A stretch of 64,000 bases of DNA. Origin: an uncultured delta proteobacterium (GTDB taxonomy: Bacteria > Myxococcota > Myxococcia > Myxococcales > Myxococcaceae). This document shows, one piece after another, positions 15,192-24,568 of the stretch (its first letter is position 1; every line of letters starts with the position of its first letter). The notes under the pieces are model-generated. The model saw only the letters and a list, made by a program, of their open reading frames with translations. It ran no database searches and was not told the DNA's origin. Position numbers and translations under genes: made by a program. The stretch is taken from NCBI GenBank assembly GCA_963760425.1, contig CAVXCY010000001.1, positions 46,767 through 110,766 of the forward strand. Reading direction: 5' to 3'.

Positions 15192-17735
15192 TCACCCGGT
15201 GGTGATGGACTGCACACCGCCCCGGTAGACGTAGACGCGGGCGGTGTTGGTGCGGGCGTCGGAGGGGACCACGAAGAAACCCGGCTCGCTGCCGGCGTGG
15301 TCCTCGGAGTAGCCCACCACCTGGCGTCCGTCCCGGAACGTCACCTGCACCCGCTCACCACGCGTGGGCGGGTGCTTGGCACCGGGGGCGAGGACGAAGA
15401 AGACGGCCTTCAGCCGCTGGGAGGGAATTCTCACCATGCGCCCGTCCTGCTGCTGCAAGGGCAACACGTCGTCCTGCAGGTCGAGGTCATGGACGGTGCC
15501 CCGGTGCACCTGGCCCTCGAGGGTGTGAATCACCACCCGGTGTTCGCCGTCGACGAAGCCGGGGTTGAGCATCATCGGTGGTCCAAACACGCCTTGCGTG
15601 CCCGCCGGCGGCGTCGGCACAGGATGCGCTCGTTCCGGAGCCGCCGGGCGTGGGGGTTCCACCTCGTCCACCAGCTCGAGCAGGGGCAGGGCCGTCTCTT
15701 CCTCGGTGGCCACTGGCTTCAGCGCGGGCGGCGCGGGGACCGCCTTGGGAGTGATGGTGCGGCTGGGGGCCGCGTTGCTCGGCACCAGCTGCGGCGCCCG
15801 GGGCGTGGCGACCGGCGTCGCCGTCCGCGGCGAAACCGGCCGTTCGGGCACCGCCGGCGGCGGAGTGGCGGGCGCCCTGGCCGTGGCCGGGACGGGCTGC
15901 CCCGGCCGTTCCAGCGTGCTGCGCGCAAAGGCCCCGGGCGAGACGGCACTCGCTGGCGCCAGGGGGACGTCCGGCGGGGCCACCGGCTCCCGGGCGGCTT
16001 TCTTCGCCTCCGGCGCTGGGGCGGCAACGCCGGCGCTGGCGCCGGAGGGCGGCCGGGGCGCCTTCAGCGCAGCGCTGGACATGAAGGCGGGAAGGCCGGG
16101 CTCCGTCCGTTGCCAGTTGGGAGGCGTGGGAGGCGTCGGTACCTGGGTCGGCGGCTTTGGAAACTGGAAACCCCGAATACCTCCGCTGCCCGGTGGCGGT
16201 GACACCGGGAACGGCGGCAGCGGCGCGGGCGTCGAGAGCTCCTCCACCAAGTCCTCGTCTCCGACAGTCTCTACCATCTCCTCGGCCGGGGCTTCCGCGG
16301 GGAGCGACTCTGGCCAGGGGTCGAGACCGCTCATGCCGAGTGACTCACCGGCGCGGGCGAACTCCTCCGCATTGAGAACCGGCGGTGCGGCGGAGTCGGG
16401 CGCCCAGGTGGACACCGGGCTGGGCGCCGGGGCCGGTGGGGCGCCGCTGGACGGCGCCGGCTCCTCTGGCCCGGGCACCACCAGGCCGGCCCCTGGGACG
16501 TCCTGCAGGGCCTCCGGGACGGCCTGCAGAGGAAGCGGGGCTGGCGTGAGGGAAGCGGCGCCCAACTCCTCGTCGGCCGGGGCGTCGGGCGCGAAGGCTG
16601 GCAGGGGCAGCGGGGCCGGGGTGAGAGAAGCGGCACCCGCTTCCTCGGCAGAGGCCTCGAGCACCTCGGTCTGCAGCGGGAGAGGGACCGGGGTGAGAGG
16701 CAGGGCCCCCCCGTCGTCGGCGGGGGCCTCGGGTACCACGGCCTGCAGCGGGAGGGGGGCCGGGGTGGCGGGGAGGGCGACCTCGTCGTCGGCCGGGGCG
16801 TCGGGCGCGAAGGCTGGCAGGGGCAGCGGGGCCGGGGTGAGAGACAGTGCCCCCGCGTCGTGGGCGGGGGCGTCCGGGACGACGGCCTCCAGCCGCAGGG
16901 GCGCCGGGATGGGGGGGAGCGCGCCCTCGTCGGCGGCGGTGTCCGACTGAAGGGGGAGTGGGGCAGCCGTCAGGGGCGCGTCGTCCTGGGCGAGGCCGGC
17001 CGACGCCTTACCGGCAAGCGCGTCCGATGGCTGCGCCTCGCCCGCCAACTCCGCCAGGCCCTGGGCCTGAAAGCTGTCGGCCGAGGCCGTGTCCTCCGGG
17101 AGCTCAATCGCCTCGTTTCCCTGGCGGGAGTAGGAGATGAATTCCGCGGCAGCAGCCAGCTGCACCGGGTCGTCGGGGGAGCCACCCAAGTCGACCGTGC
17201 GCGTCTCCTGCTGGGGCCGGGCTGCCGGTGCTTCGTCGAAAGGCGCAGGTGGCGGCTCATCCAGCCCAGGGTCCGTCGGCCGCTCAGCAGCGGTGTTGGA
17301 CCAGGCCGGGGCGTCGAGCGCTGGCCCGACCCAGGAGGAGGAGGCCGGTGCGGAAGGGCTGTCCAGCGAGGGCCCAGTCCAGGAGTCCGCGTCCTTTGCT
17401 GCGGCGGAGGGGGGAGGTCCGGGGGCCACCCCCTCCACCGGCCCGCCAGGAATCTGCTCCCACGCCGGCGCGTCCACCGGAGTGGCACGCGCCGCCGGCG
17501 GAGCGGGCGGGGGGGCGAGCGGCGCCGCTGGCCGGGACGCGGCGACGGCCTGCCGGGGTTCCACCTCCGCCGGAGCTGGCGGTGTAGACAAGTCGACGTT
17601 CGCTGGCTCGGGCGGTAGCCCAAGCTGGCGCCGCAGCGCCACCCATCGAGCCGCTTCGGGCTCGGTGAGTGCGCTCTGGTTTCGCCTCTCGCTGAGGGTA
17701 CGCAGCTCGCGGATGGCTGCGCGCGTGTCGGACAT
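15192..17735 (-). CDS. large proline/alanine-rich repeat protein with a conserved beta-rich C-terminal domain, hypothetical
   Basis: ATG at 17735 (MSDTRAAIRELRTL..). About 650 aa of low-complexity P/A-rich sequence including seven 24-aa repeats. Ordered C-terminus HRVVIHTLEGQVHRGTVHDL...ERVQVTFRDGRQVVGYSEDHAGSEPGFFVVP. Confidence 0.8.
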   Translation of the reverse strand: MSDTRAAIRELRTLSERRNQSALTEPEAARWVALRRQLGLPPEPANVDLSTPPAPAEVEPRQAVAASRPAAPLAPPPAPPAARATPVDAPAWEQIPGGPVEGVAPGPPPSAAAKDADSWTGPSLDSPSAPASSSWVGPALDAPAWSNTAAERPTDPGLDEPPPAPFDEAPAARPQQETRTVDLGGSPDDPVQLAAAAEFISYSRQGNEAIELPEDTASADSFQAQGLAELAGEAQPSDALAGKASAGLAQDDAPLTAAPLPLQSDTAADEGALPPIPAPLRLEAVVPDAPAHDAGALSLTPAPLPLPAFAPDAPADDEVALPATPAPLPLQAVVPEAPADDGGALPLTPVPLPLQTEVLEASAEEAGAASLTPAPLPLPAFAPDAPADEELGAASLTPAPLPLQAVPEALQDVPGAGLVVPGPEEPAPSSGAPPAPAPSPVSTWAPDSAAPPVLNAEEFARAGESLGMSGLDPWPESLPAEAPAEEMVETVGDEDLVEELSTPAPLPPFPVSPPPGSGGIRGFQFPKPPTQVPTPPTPPNWQRTEPGLPAFMSSAALKAPRPPSGASAGVAAPAPEAKKAAREPVAPPDVPLAPASAVSPGAFARSTLERPGQPVPATARAPATPPPAVPERPVSPRTATPVATPRAPQLVPSNAAPSRTITPKAVPAPPALKPVATEEETALPLLELVDEVEPPRPAAPERAHPVPTPPAGTQGVFGPPMMLNPGFVDGEHRVVIHTLEGQVHRGTVHDLDLQDDVLPLQQQDGRMVRIPSQRLKAVFFVLAPGAKHPPTRGERVQVTFRDGRQVVGYSEDHAGSEPGFFVVPSDARTNTARVYVYRGGVQSITTG
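16500..16990 (-). repeat. in-frame tandem repeat, 72-bp (24-aa) unit x7 with a 216-bp higher-order period
   Basis: Units resemble AL(S/P)LTPAPLPLQAVVP(D/E)APADD. A 59-bp stretch is identical at 16570..16628 and 16786..16844. Confidence 0.85.
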
Positions 17736-17967
17736 CCGTCGCTCTGTCGCGGCCGTCCCCCAGTGGAGGACGCGGGCCGCTTTTCTCGAAAAGGCAGACG
17801 GGAGTGTACGGCCTTTTTCGCAGCTGGGCAGTTTGCCGACGCTTGTCGGATGTTTGGCGCTGATGTGGGTTTGGGGTGGAAGCCCCGGCGCCAATCCGCT
17901 ACGACGTTCCTCGGTCCGGACGCAGTGCAATGTCCGGTCGCTGATGTGTCACACGGCGGCGGCTTGC

Positions 17968-17985
17968 CCACACCGGTCGGTGTGG
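17968..17985. promoter_or_regulatory. perfect 8-2-8 palindrome upstream of tkt (candidate operator)
   Basis: CCACACCG-GT-CGGTGTGG, 56 nt upstream of the tkt GTG, in the 305-bp divergent intergenic region. Confidence 0.35.
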
Positions 17986-18040
17986 CGCAGAACCGGGGGG
18001 ACTTCCCCTGCCGTCGCGCTACCCCAGGGAGCATGCCCCC

Positions 18041-20095
18041 GTGCCCAGCCCAAGCATCGCGCAGCTCGCCATCAACACCCTGCGGACGCTGAGCATCGAT
18101 GCCGTCCAGAAGGCCAACTCCGGCCATCCCGGGGCGCCGATGGGCTTTGCCCCGGTGGCCTACACCCTGTTTCGCGACCAGCTTCGCTATGACCCGGCCG
18201 AGCCGCTGTGGCCCAACCGCGACCGATTCGTCCTGTCCAACGGGCACGCGTCGATGTTGCTGTACTCGACGCTGTTCCTCGCCGGCGTGCGAAGCGTGGA
18301 CAAGGACGGCAAGGTCGGAGCGGGGCCAGCGGTGTCGCTGGACGACATCAAGGCGTTCCGGCAGCTGGGCAGTCGGACGCCGGGGCACCCCGAGTACGGG
18401 CTCACCACCGGGGTGGAGGCGACGACGGGCCCGCTGGGGCAAGGGCTGGGGAACAGCGTGGGGATGGCCATCGCCTCGCGGTGGCTCGGGACTCGCTACA
18501 ACCGGCCCGGCCAGACGCTCTTCGACTTCAACGTGTACGCCATCTGCGGCGATGGCTGCCTGATGGAGGGCATCTCCTCCGAGGCCGCATCGCTGGCCGG
18601 CCACCTCCGGCTGTCCAACCTGTGCTGGATTTACGACAACAACCACATCAGCCTAGACGGGAAGACAGCGCTCTCCTTCTCTGAGGATGCCGCGGCGCGC
18701 TTCGCTTCCATGGGTTGGGCGGTCGCCCATGTCGACGATGCGAACGACCTCACCAAGCTCGCCGGGGCCTTCGCCTTCTTCAAGGGGATGCAAGACCGGC
18801 CCACGCTGCTCATCGTGGATAGCCACATCGGCTACGGCTCCCCGAAGAAGCAGGACACCAGCGCCGCCCACGGCGAGCCGCTGGGTGCGGAGGAAGTCCG
18901 CGCCGCCAAGCGCAACTACGGCTGGCCGGAGGACGCGCAATTTCTCGTCCCGGATGGCGTGCAGGAGGATTTTGCGCAGGGGCTGGGCAAGCGGGGCCGG
19001 GCGGCGCGCGAGGCCTGGCAGCAGACGTTCCTGGAGTACCGCCGCGAGCACCCGGACCTTGCTCAGGAAATCGACTGGATGGCGCGGCGCGACCTGCCGC
19101 AGGGATGGGAAGCGGCGCTGAGCGCCTTTCCCTCGGACGCCAAGGGGATGGCAACGCGGGAGTCGTCCGGCAGGGTGCTGGAAGCGCTCGGCGAGCGCAT
19201 CCCGTGGATTGTTGGCGGTGCCGCCGACCTAAGCGGCTCGACTCGGACGGCCTTCAAGGGCGAGGGTCCAATGGAGGCCGACCACCCCGCTGCGCGCAAC
19301 GTCTATTACGGGGTTCGCGAGCACGCCATGGGAGCCGTCGTCAACGGCCTGGTGCTGAGCGGGCTTCGGGGCTACGGAGCCACCTTCTTCACCTTCACCG
19401 ACTACATGCGCACGCCCATCCGGCTTTCCGCGCTAATGGAGATTCCGTCGCTGTGGGTGATGACCCACGACTCCATCGGGCTTGGCGAGGATGGGCCGAC
19501 GCACCAGCCCATTGAACAGCTCGCCGCACTCCGCGCCGTCCCGCATCTCCTCGTCTTCCGCCCGGCCGATGCCAACGAAGTCGTCGAGTGCTGGCGCGTG
19601 CTGTTGCAGCACAAGCATCGCCCGTCCATGCTGGTGCTGAGCCGTCAGGCGTTGCCCACCTATGACCGGAGCCAGTTCGGCGCCGCGGCCGGAACAGCAC
19701 GCGGGGCGTACGTGCTGGCCGAGGCCGCCGGCGGTCTGCCGCAGGTCTTGCTGCTTGCGACCGGCAGCGAGGTGTCCATGGCGGTGGCCGCCCGCGCCCT
19801 TTTGGCCGAGGGCGGCATCCGCGCACGGGTGGTAAGCATGCCCTGCTGGCAACTGTTCGAGGAGCAGGACGCCGCCTACCGGGAGAGCGTCCTGCCCGAA
19901 GCGGTGACGGCCCGGGTGTCGGTGGAGGCGGCGGCAGTCCTGGGGTGGGACAGGTACGTGGGCCCGCGTGGCACCATCCTCGGAATGCGCAGCTTCGGCG
20001 CCTCGGCGCCGATAAAGGACGTCCACAAGCACTTCGGCTTCACGCCGGAGCACATCGCCGAAGCGGCACGGGCCCTGGTCCAGGGCAGGAGGTAG
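18041..20095 (+). CDS. tkt: transketolase
   Basis: ANSGHPGAPMG and GDGCLMEGIS (TPP binding). 684 aa, GTG start. Confidence 0.95.
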   Translation: MPSPSIAQLAINTLRTLSIDAVQKANSGHPGAPMGFAPVAYTLFRDQLRYDPAEPLWPNRDRFVLSNGHASMLLYSTLFLAGVRSVDKDGKVGAGPAVSLDDIKAFRQLGSRTPGHPEYGLTTGVEATTGPLGQGLGNSVGMAIASRWLGTRYNRPGQTLFDFNVYAICGDGCLMEGISSEAASLAGHLRLSNLCWIYDNNHISLDGKTALSFSEDAAARFASMGWAVAHVDDANDLTKLAGAFAFFKGMQDRPTLLIVDSHIGYGSPKKQDTSAAHGEPLGAEEVRAAKRNYGWPEDAQFLVPDGVQEDFAQGLGKRGRAAREAWQQTFLEYRREHPDLAQEIDWMARRDLPQGWEAALSAFPSDAKGMATRESSGRVLEALGERIPWIVGGAADLSGSTRTAFKGEGPMEADHPAARNVYYGVREHAMGAVVNGLVLSGLRGYGATFFTFTDYMRTPIRLSALMEIPSLWVMTHDSIGLGEDGPTHQPIEQLAALRAVPHLLVFRPADANEVVECWRVLLQHKHRPSMLVLSRQALPTYDRSQFGAAAGTARGAYVLAEAAGGLPQVLLLATGSEVSMAVAARALLAEGGIRARVVSMPCWQLFEEQDAAYRESVLPEAVTARVSVEAAAVLGWDRYVGPRGTILGMRSFGASAPIKDVHKHFGFTPEHIAEAARALVQGRR

Positions 20096-20200
20096 GGCCG
20101 TGGCGCCGACCCACCCCTTGCCTGCTTCCGGGGAGCGCGCCAGCCCAGGGCCGTCGCGCCACCCCGGCCGTCCGCGGCGGCCAAATGCTAGGGAGACACC

Positions 20201-21334
20201 ATGAACCCCATCAAACAGCTCGGGCAGGCAGGCCAAAGCGTCTGGCTGGACTTCATGCAGCGAAGCCTGCTCACCACCGGAGCGCTGGGCAGGCTCATCG
20301 ATGAGGATGGCATTCGGGGGCTGACGTCCAACCCCACCATCTTCGAGAAGGCGGTGGCGGGGAGCCACGACTACGACGAGCTGTTCGCCGAGCTCGGGCC
20401 TCAGGGGAAGACGGTCCCGCAGGCCTACGACGTTCTGACGCTTCGGGACATCCGCGACGCGGCCCGCATCTTCCGCCCGGTGTGGGAATCCTCCTCCCAC
20501 CGCGACGGGTACTGCTCGCTCGAGGTCTCCCCCAAACTGGCCCACGACACCAAGGGGTCCATCGAGGAGGCGCGCCGGCTGTGGAAGGCCCTGGGAGCGC
20601 CCAACGTGATGATTAAGATTCCGGGAACGACCGAGGGCGTCCCGGCCATCGAGCAGTGCATCGGCGAGGGCATCAACATCAACGTCACGCTCCTCTTCAG
20701 CCAGGAGGCGTACGTCAGCGTCGCCGAGGCGTACCTGCGGGGCCTCGAGCGACGGGCGAAGGAAGGCCAGGACGTGTCGGGGCTGGCCTCGGTAGCCAGT
20801 TTCTTCGTCAGCCGTATTGACTCCGAGGTGGAGAAGCGAGTCGGCCAGGCCCGTGGCCAGGGTGTCGACGAACGACGGTCGAGACTCTTCGACGCGGTAC
20901 TCGGCAAGGTGGCCATCGCCAATGCCAAGCTCGCCTACCGACGCTACCAGGCCCTCTTCAGCGGACCACGGTGGGAAGCGCTGGCGAAGAAGGGCGCGCA
21001 CAGCCAGCGGGTGCTGTGGGCGAGCACCGGAACCAAGAACCCCAAGTACTCCGACGTCCTCTACGTGGAGGAACTCATCGGTCGGGATACGGTGAACACC
21101 GTGCCGCCGGCCACGTTGGACGCCTTCCGGGACCATGGCAAGGTTCGAGCGAGCCTCACCGAGGACCTTCCCAGCGCGGAGAACACCCTGCGCGCACTCG
21201 AGGAAGCGGGAATCCCGATGAAGGACGTCACGGACGCGCTGGTGGTGGACGGGGTGAAGAAGTTCGCCGAATCTTTCGACGACCTCTTCAAGGCGATTGG
21301 CGACCGCCTGCGCGCCCACGGGGGCAAGGCGTGA
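20201..21334 (+). CDS. tal: transaldolase (long form)
   Basis: QSVWLDFMQRSLL, TSNPTIFEKA and NVMIKIPGT (Schiff-base Lys region). Confidence 0.95.
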   Translation: MNPIKQLGQAGQSVWLDFMQRSLLTTGALGRLIDEDGIRGLTSNPTIFEKAVAGSHDYDELFAELGPQGKTVPQAYDVLTLRDIRDAARIFRPVWESSSHRDGYCSLEVSPKLAHDTKGSIEEARRLWKALGAPNVMIKIPGTTEGVPAIEQCIGEGININVTLLFSQEAYVSVAEAYLRGLERRAKEGQDVSGLASVASFFVSRIDSEVEKRVGQARGQGVDERRSRLFDAVLGKVAIANAKLAYRRYQALFSGPRWEALAKKGAHSQRVLWASTGTKNPKYSDVLYVEELIGRDTVNTVPPATLDAFRDHGKVRASLTEDLPSAENTLRALEEAGIPMKDVTDALVVDGVKKFAESFDDLFKAIGDRLRAHGGKA

Positions 21335-21371
21335 CCGTTTTCCAGGTGCAGACAGTAGGTAAGGGACCTTC

Positions 21372-22898
21372 GTGAATGCGCCGCCGGTAAAGACGGGAGC
21401 CGAGGTGCGGGTGGGAGACCCGTGCGTGGTGGTCATCTTCGGCGCCTCGGGCGACCTCACCCAGCGCAAGCTGGTGCCGGCGCTCTTCAACCTTCAGAAC
21501 CAGGGCTTTCTGGCCCGGGACATCGGCGTGGTGGGCGTGGCCCGCTCGGAGATGTCGCACGTCAGCTTCCGCGAGAAGATGAAGCCCGAGGAGTTGGCCC
21601 TGGCCACCGAGGAGGCGCGCAAGGCCTGGGGAGTGCTCTCCGAGCGCATCTTCTACCAGGCGGGCGATGTGGCCCGGCCCGAGACCTTCAAGCAGCTGCG
21701 CGACTTTTTGGCCAAGCTGGATTCGCAGCTGAAGACGCCCGGCAACTACATGTTCTACCTCTCGGTGGCGCCGGAGTTTTTCGCCCCCATCGTGAAGGGG
21801 CTTGGCGGCGCGGGACTGCTCGAGGAAGCGGGGGGGCTGTGGCGCCGGGTGGTCATCGAAAAGCCCTTTGGCCACGACCTGCCCTCTGCCATCCAGCTCA
21901 ACCGGGACCTGCGCTCGGTGGTGAGCGAGCGACAGATTTTTCGCATCGACCACTACCTGGGCAAGGAGACCGTCCAGAACCTCTTGGTCTTCCGTTTTGG
22001 CAACAGCATCTTCGAGCCCATCTGGAACCACCACTACATCGACCACGTCCAGGTCACTGCAGCCGAGGAGCTGGGGGTGGAGGCCCGCGGCGGCTACTAC
22101 GACAACGCCGGCGCCCTGCGGGACATGGTCCCGAACCACATCGCGCAGCTGGTGAGCCTGGTGGGGATGGAGCCGCCCATCTCGTTTCATGCCGATGCGG
22201 TCCGGGATGAGCAGGTGAAGCTGCTCAAGAGCATCCAGCCTCTCTCGCCGGAGGACGTCCTTCACGCGGCCGTCCGCGGCCAGTACGGCTCGGGCCAGGT
22301 GAAAGGGCACAAGGTCCCGGGCTACCGCGAGGAGGAGAAGGTGTCGCCCGAGAGCAACACCGACACCCTCGTCGCCTTACGCCTGTACATCGACAACTGG
22401 CGCTGGGCCCACGTCCCCTTCTACGTGCGGACCGGCAAGCGTATGCCCAAGCGGGTGACGGAAATCGTCATCCAATTCAAGGCCGCGCCCTTCATGCTCT
22501 TCACCCGGACGTCGGTGAGCCACCTCACCACCAACCGGCTCTTCGTCCGCATCCAGCCCGACGAGGGCATCTCGCTACGCTTCGGAGCCAAGGTGCCCGG
22601 ACCCATCCTGGAGATGGGCGCCGTCAAAATGGACTTCCGGTACGTCGACTGGTTCGGGACGAAGCCCAGCACCGGCTACGAAACGCTGCTCTACGACGCC
22701 ATGGTGGGCGAGGCCACGCTGTTTCAGCGCGCCGACATGGTGGAGGCGGGCTGGAGAATGGTGCAGCCCCTCATCGACGTTTGGAAGGCGCTGCCTCCGC
22801 GGGACTTCCCCAACTACCCGGCCGGCAGCTGGGGCCCGGCCGAGGCCGACGCCCTACTCGAACGGGACGGACGACACTGGGAGAATGGCGACGCGTGA
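21372..22898 (+). CDS. zwf: glucose-6-phosphate 1-dehydrogenase
   Basis: [22 protein letters not shown] and EKPFG. Confidence 0.95.
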   Translation: MNAPPVKTGAEVRVGDPCVVVIFGASGDLTQRKLVPALFNLQNQGFLARDIGVVGVARSEMSHVSFREKMKPEELALATEEARKAWGVLSERIFYQAGDVARPETFKQLRDFLAKLDSQLKTPGNYMFYLSVAPEFFAPIVKGLGGAGLLEEAGGLWRRVVIEKPFGHDLPSAIQLNRDLRSVVSERQIFRIDHYLGKETVQNLLVFRFGNSIFEPIWNHHYIDHVQVTAAEELGVEARGGYYDNAGALRDMVPNHIAQLVSLVGMEPPISFHADAVRDEQVKLLKSIQPLSPEDVLHAAVRGQYGSGQVKGHKVPGYREEEKVSPESNTDTLVALRLYIDNWRWAHVPFYVRTGKRMPKRVTEIVIQFKAAPFMLFTRTSVSHLTTNRLFVRIQPDEGISLRFGAKVPGPILEMGAVKMDFRYVDWFGTKPSTGYETLLYDAMVGEATLFQRADMVEAGWRMVQPLIDVWKALPPRDFPNYPAGSWGPAEADALLERDGRHWENGDA

Positions 22899-23878
22899 TT
22901 GTCGCCGGCGACATCGGCGGAACCCATGCCCGGCTGGGCCTCTTCGAAGTCCGCCACGGCATCCCCACCCTGCTGACCGAGCGCAACTACCCGAGCCCTG
23001 AATTCTCTGGGCTGGAGGCCGTCGTTCGGACATTCCTCCAGGAGACCGAGGCGGTCCCCCGACGTGCGGCCTTTGGCGTCGCCGGACCCGTGCACGAGGG
23101 CAGGGTTCGCACGCCCAACCTTCCTTGGGAGGTGGACGGCCAGGGGCTCGCGTCGGAGTTGGGGGTTGCGTCCGTCGCCCTCATCAACGACCTGGAAGCC
23201 CTGGCGTACGGAATCCCGCTGGTGGGGCCGTCCGCCCTGGTGGTGCTTAACCCGGGGGTGGAACGCCAGGGCAACCGGGCAGTGGTCGCCGCCGGGACGG
23301 GCCTCGGTGTCGCCGGCCTGCTGTGGGACGGCACGCGCCACCACCCCTTCGCCACCGAGGGGGGCCACATGGACTTCGCCCCGCGCAACGCCCTCGAAGC
23401 CGAGTTGATGCTGTACCTGGCGAGGCGGTTTGGCCGGGTGAGCAACGAGCGCATCCTCTCCGGAGCGGGGCTAAGCAACGTCTACGACTTCCTGCGCGAG
23501 ACCGGCCGCGGCGAGGAGCCTGCGTGGCTCGCCCAGCGGCTGGCCACCGAGGACCGCGCGCGGGTCATCTCGGCTTGCGGTCTGGACCGCTCGAGCCCGG
23601 CGTGCTCCCAGGCGCTGGACCTCTTCGCTTGTGTGTACGGGGCGGTGGCCGGCAACGTCGCTCTGCTCCTCCTCGCCGCCGGCGGCATCTACCTCGGTGG
23701 CGGCATCGCCCCCAAGGTGCTGGCGCGGCTGCAGGACCCGGCGCTGTTTCGCGCCGCCTTCATCGACAAGGGCCGGCTCCGACCGCTGGTCGAGCAAACG
23801 CCGGTGCGGGTGGTTCTGGATGACCAGGTGGGCATGCGGGGTGCGGCCCAGGTTGCCGCCCAGGGAGGCCTCCCATGA
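22895..23878 (+). CDS. glk: glucokinase
   Basis: [22 protein letters not shown] and [11 protein letters not shown]. The GTG start overlaps the zwf stop (GTGA). Confidence 0.85.
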   Translation: MIVAGDIGGTHARLGLFEVRHGIPTLLTERNYPSPEFSGLEAVVRTFLQETEAVPRRAAFGVAGPVHEGRVRTPNLPWEVDGQGLASELGVASVALINDLEALAYGIPLVGPSALVVLNPGVERQGNRAVVAAGTGLGVAGLLWDGTRHHPFATEGGHMDFAPRNALEAELMLYLARRFGRVSNERILSGAGLSNVYDFLRETGRGEEPAWLAQRLATEDRARVISACGLDRSSPACSQALDLFACVYGAVAGNVALLLLAAGGIYLGGGIAPKVLARLQDPALFRAAFIDKGRLRPLVEQTPVRVVLDDQVGMRGAAQVAAQGGLP

Positions 23879-24549
23879 AAATCGTCCCCTCCATCCTGGC
23901 CGCGGACTACCTGCGGCTGGGCGAACAAGTGGCGGACGCTGAACGGGGAGGGGCGCAGCGCTTCCACATCGACGTGATGGATGGCGTCTTCGTCCCCAAC
24001 TACTCGCTGGGCATCCCCATCGTCGAAGCGATGCGTCGCGGGACGACGCTTCCCTTGGAAGTCCACCTGATGATTGAGCGGCCGGAGCGCTACACCGAGT
24101 CGTTCATCAAGGCGGGGGGGGATTTACTCATCCTTCACCAGGAGGCCACCCCCCAGCTGCACCGAGCTGTGCAGCAGGTGCAGGCGATGGGGAAGGCGGT
24201 GGGAGTGGGGCTGAACCCCGGCACGCCGCTCAACACCATCGAGGACATGGTGGAGGACCTCGACCTGTTGCTGCTGATGACGGTCAACCCGGGCTTCGGT
24301 GGCCAGCAATTCATCTCCTCGGTGCTGTCGAAGCTGCAGCGCGCCCGTGCCCTGCTCCGGGAGCGAGCTCCGGCATGCGAGCTCGAGGTCGACGGCGGCG
24401 TGGACATGACGACCGGGCCGCTGGCCGTCGCCGCTGGGGCCGATGTCCTGGTGGCCGGAACGTGCGTCTTTGCCCACCCGGGCGGGCCGGGGGCAGGGGT
24501 CCGCGCGTTGCGCGAAGCATGTGCCCAGGGCGCTCCCTCCCCGCTGTAG
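23875..24549 (+). CDS. rpe: ribulose-phosphate 3-epimerase
   Basis: PSILAAD, HIDVMDGVFVPN and MTVNPGFGGQ. The ATG overlaps the glk stop (ATGA). Confidence 0.95.
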   Translation: MKIVPSILAADYLRLGEQVADAERGGAQRFHIDVMDGVFVPNYSLGIPIVEAMRRGTTLPLEVHLMIERPERYTESFIKAGGDLLILHQEATPQLHRAVQQVQAMGKAVGVGLNPGTPLNTIEDMVEDLDLLLLMTVNPGFGGQQFISSVLSKLQRARALLRERAPACELEVDGGVDMTTGPLAVAAGADVLVAGTCVFAHPGGPGAGVRALREACAQGAPSPL

Positions 24550-24568
24550 TCGGTGGGCCCGCTTCTCT

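Noticed and set aside
16500-16990. Possible CRISPR-like or non-coding repeat array
   Set aside because: The period is 72 bp with no unique spacers. The repeats are in frame inside a long ORF and encode a conserved 24-aa peptide unit. No cas genes are present.
19433-21490. 685-aa minus-strand ORF across tkt, tal and zwf. Similar long antisense ORFs occur at 39703..42117 (dnaE), 45046..47250, 46175..47227 and 59020..59985.
   Set aside because: All are antisense to strongly supported housekeeping genes and lack motifs. They are GC-driven absence-of-stop artefacts.
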